A stretch of DNA of 63,675 bases, the filler included, from Kipferlia bialata (lineage: Eukaryota), in NCBI GenBank assembly GCA_003568945.1. It is 3 parts of 3 records of this genome, joined end to end, with 100 filler letters (N's around TTAATTAATTAA, not from the genome) between each part and the next. Parts side by side here need not be neighbours in the genome. Positions count along the whole stretch, not along the records: positions 54,811 to 63,675 come from BDIP01000192.1; 2 more parts are not named here. The stretch is one strand, 5' to 3'. Below, piece by piece: positions 63,272 through 63,675 of this stretch. Every line of letters starts with the position of its first letter. Position 1 is the stretch's first letter. A program made the position numbers and the translations under genes. Below the pieces are notes generated by a model. That model saw only the letters and a program-made list of their open reading frames with translations. It searched no databases and had not been told where the DNA came from.

Positions 63272-63675
63272 ATGACCAACCCACTTCTGTCCGACGCCGA
63301 GTTCCCTCTATTTGAGGAGATCCTTCCCGAGCATGTGCCTGGGTGGGTGACACAATTGTTTCTCAGCTGGAGTTGTGAATGATAGAGTCATCTACAGTGC
63401 TACACTCTTTGACCCCCACCCACCACCCTCACCCCAGTGCCATAGAGGCTGTGCTTGTGGATGGAGAGGCTGCCCTGGCTGTTGTGGAGGCCATGACAGA
63501 CATGTCAGATGCCACCTTTGAGGGCACCCTCATGCCCCTTCAGTCAGGTATCGTATGTACATGGATGTCTCTAACAGGGGTGAACGATGTGTTACGGGGT
63601 AGTGGGATGTATATTGTTGCACTAACACGTATATATCGTTGTGTACTGCCGAAAGACCCCCCCCCCCCTCCTGCC
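63272..63675 (+). CDS. prlC: Oligopeptidase A / M3A metallopeptidase, N-terminal fragment (runs off the window)
   Basis: MTNPLLSDAEFPLFEEILPEHVP.|AIEAVL..ATFEGTLMPL matches the characteristic PrlC/Dcp N-terminus (MTNPLL..LPPF..I.PEH). The HExxH motif is outside the window. Confidence 0.75.

Noticed and set aside
1..63675. Transposons, tRNA or rRNA genes
   Set aside because: No transposase, reverse transcriptase, terminal repeats or structural RNA signatures were recognised by eye; small RNAs could have been missed.

Overview
Intron-rich eukaryotic (protist) genomic DNA. It consists of three unrelated contigs joined by artificial N44-TTAATTAATTAA-N44 spacers: 1-27325, 27426-54710 and 54811-63675. 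The short GT-AG introns, with the branch point fused to the acceptor (CTCAC/CTAAC-CCC(C)-YAG), plus the Kelch-like family and anaerobic amino-acid enzymes, suggest a free-living fornicate such as Kipferlia bialata (inference). Genes were spliced by hand, so exon boundaries are approximate. Contig 1: a partial hypothetical gene, a bacterial-type CocE/NonD hydrolase, and a ~21 kb DNAH1-like dynein heavy chain whose AAA1 Walker A/B motifs look destroyed. Contig 2: several hypothetical genes, Kelch-like genes, a membrane protein with a GYxLxPYFGG domain, and the 3' end of topoisomerase III beta with a ~500-aa RG/KG-rich insert. Contig 3: a membrane protein and a compact cluster of methionine gamma-lyase, branched-chain aminotransferase, glyoxalase I and oligopeptidase A. 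The most unusual signal is a pervasive set of 'exon echoes'. These are truncated copies of exon ends, including their splice sites, set among (TA)n/(GA)n microsatellites in introns and 3' UTRs. They differ from the functional exon mostly by synonymous substitutions.
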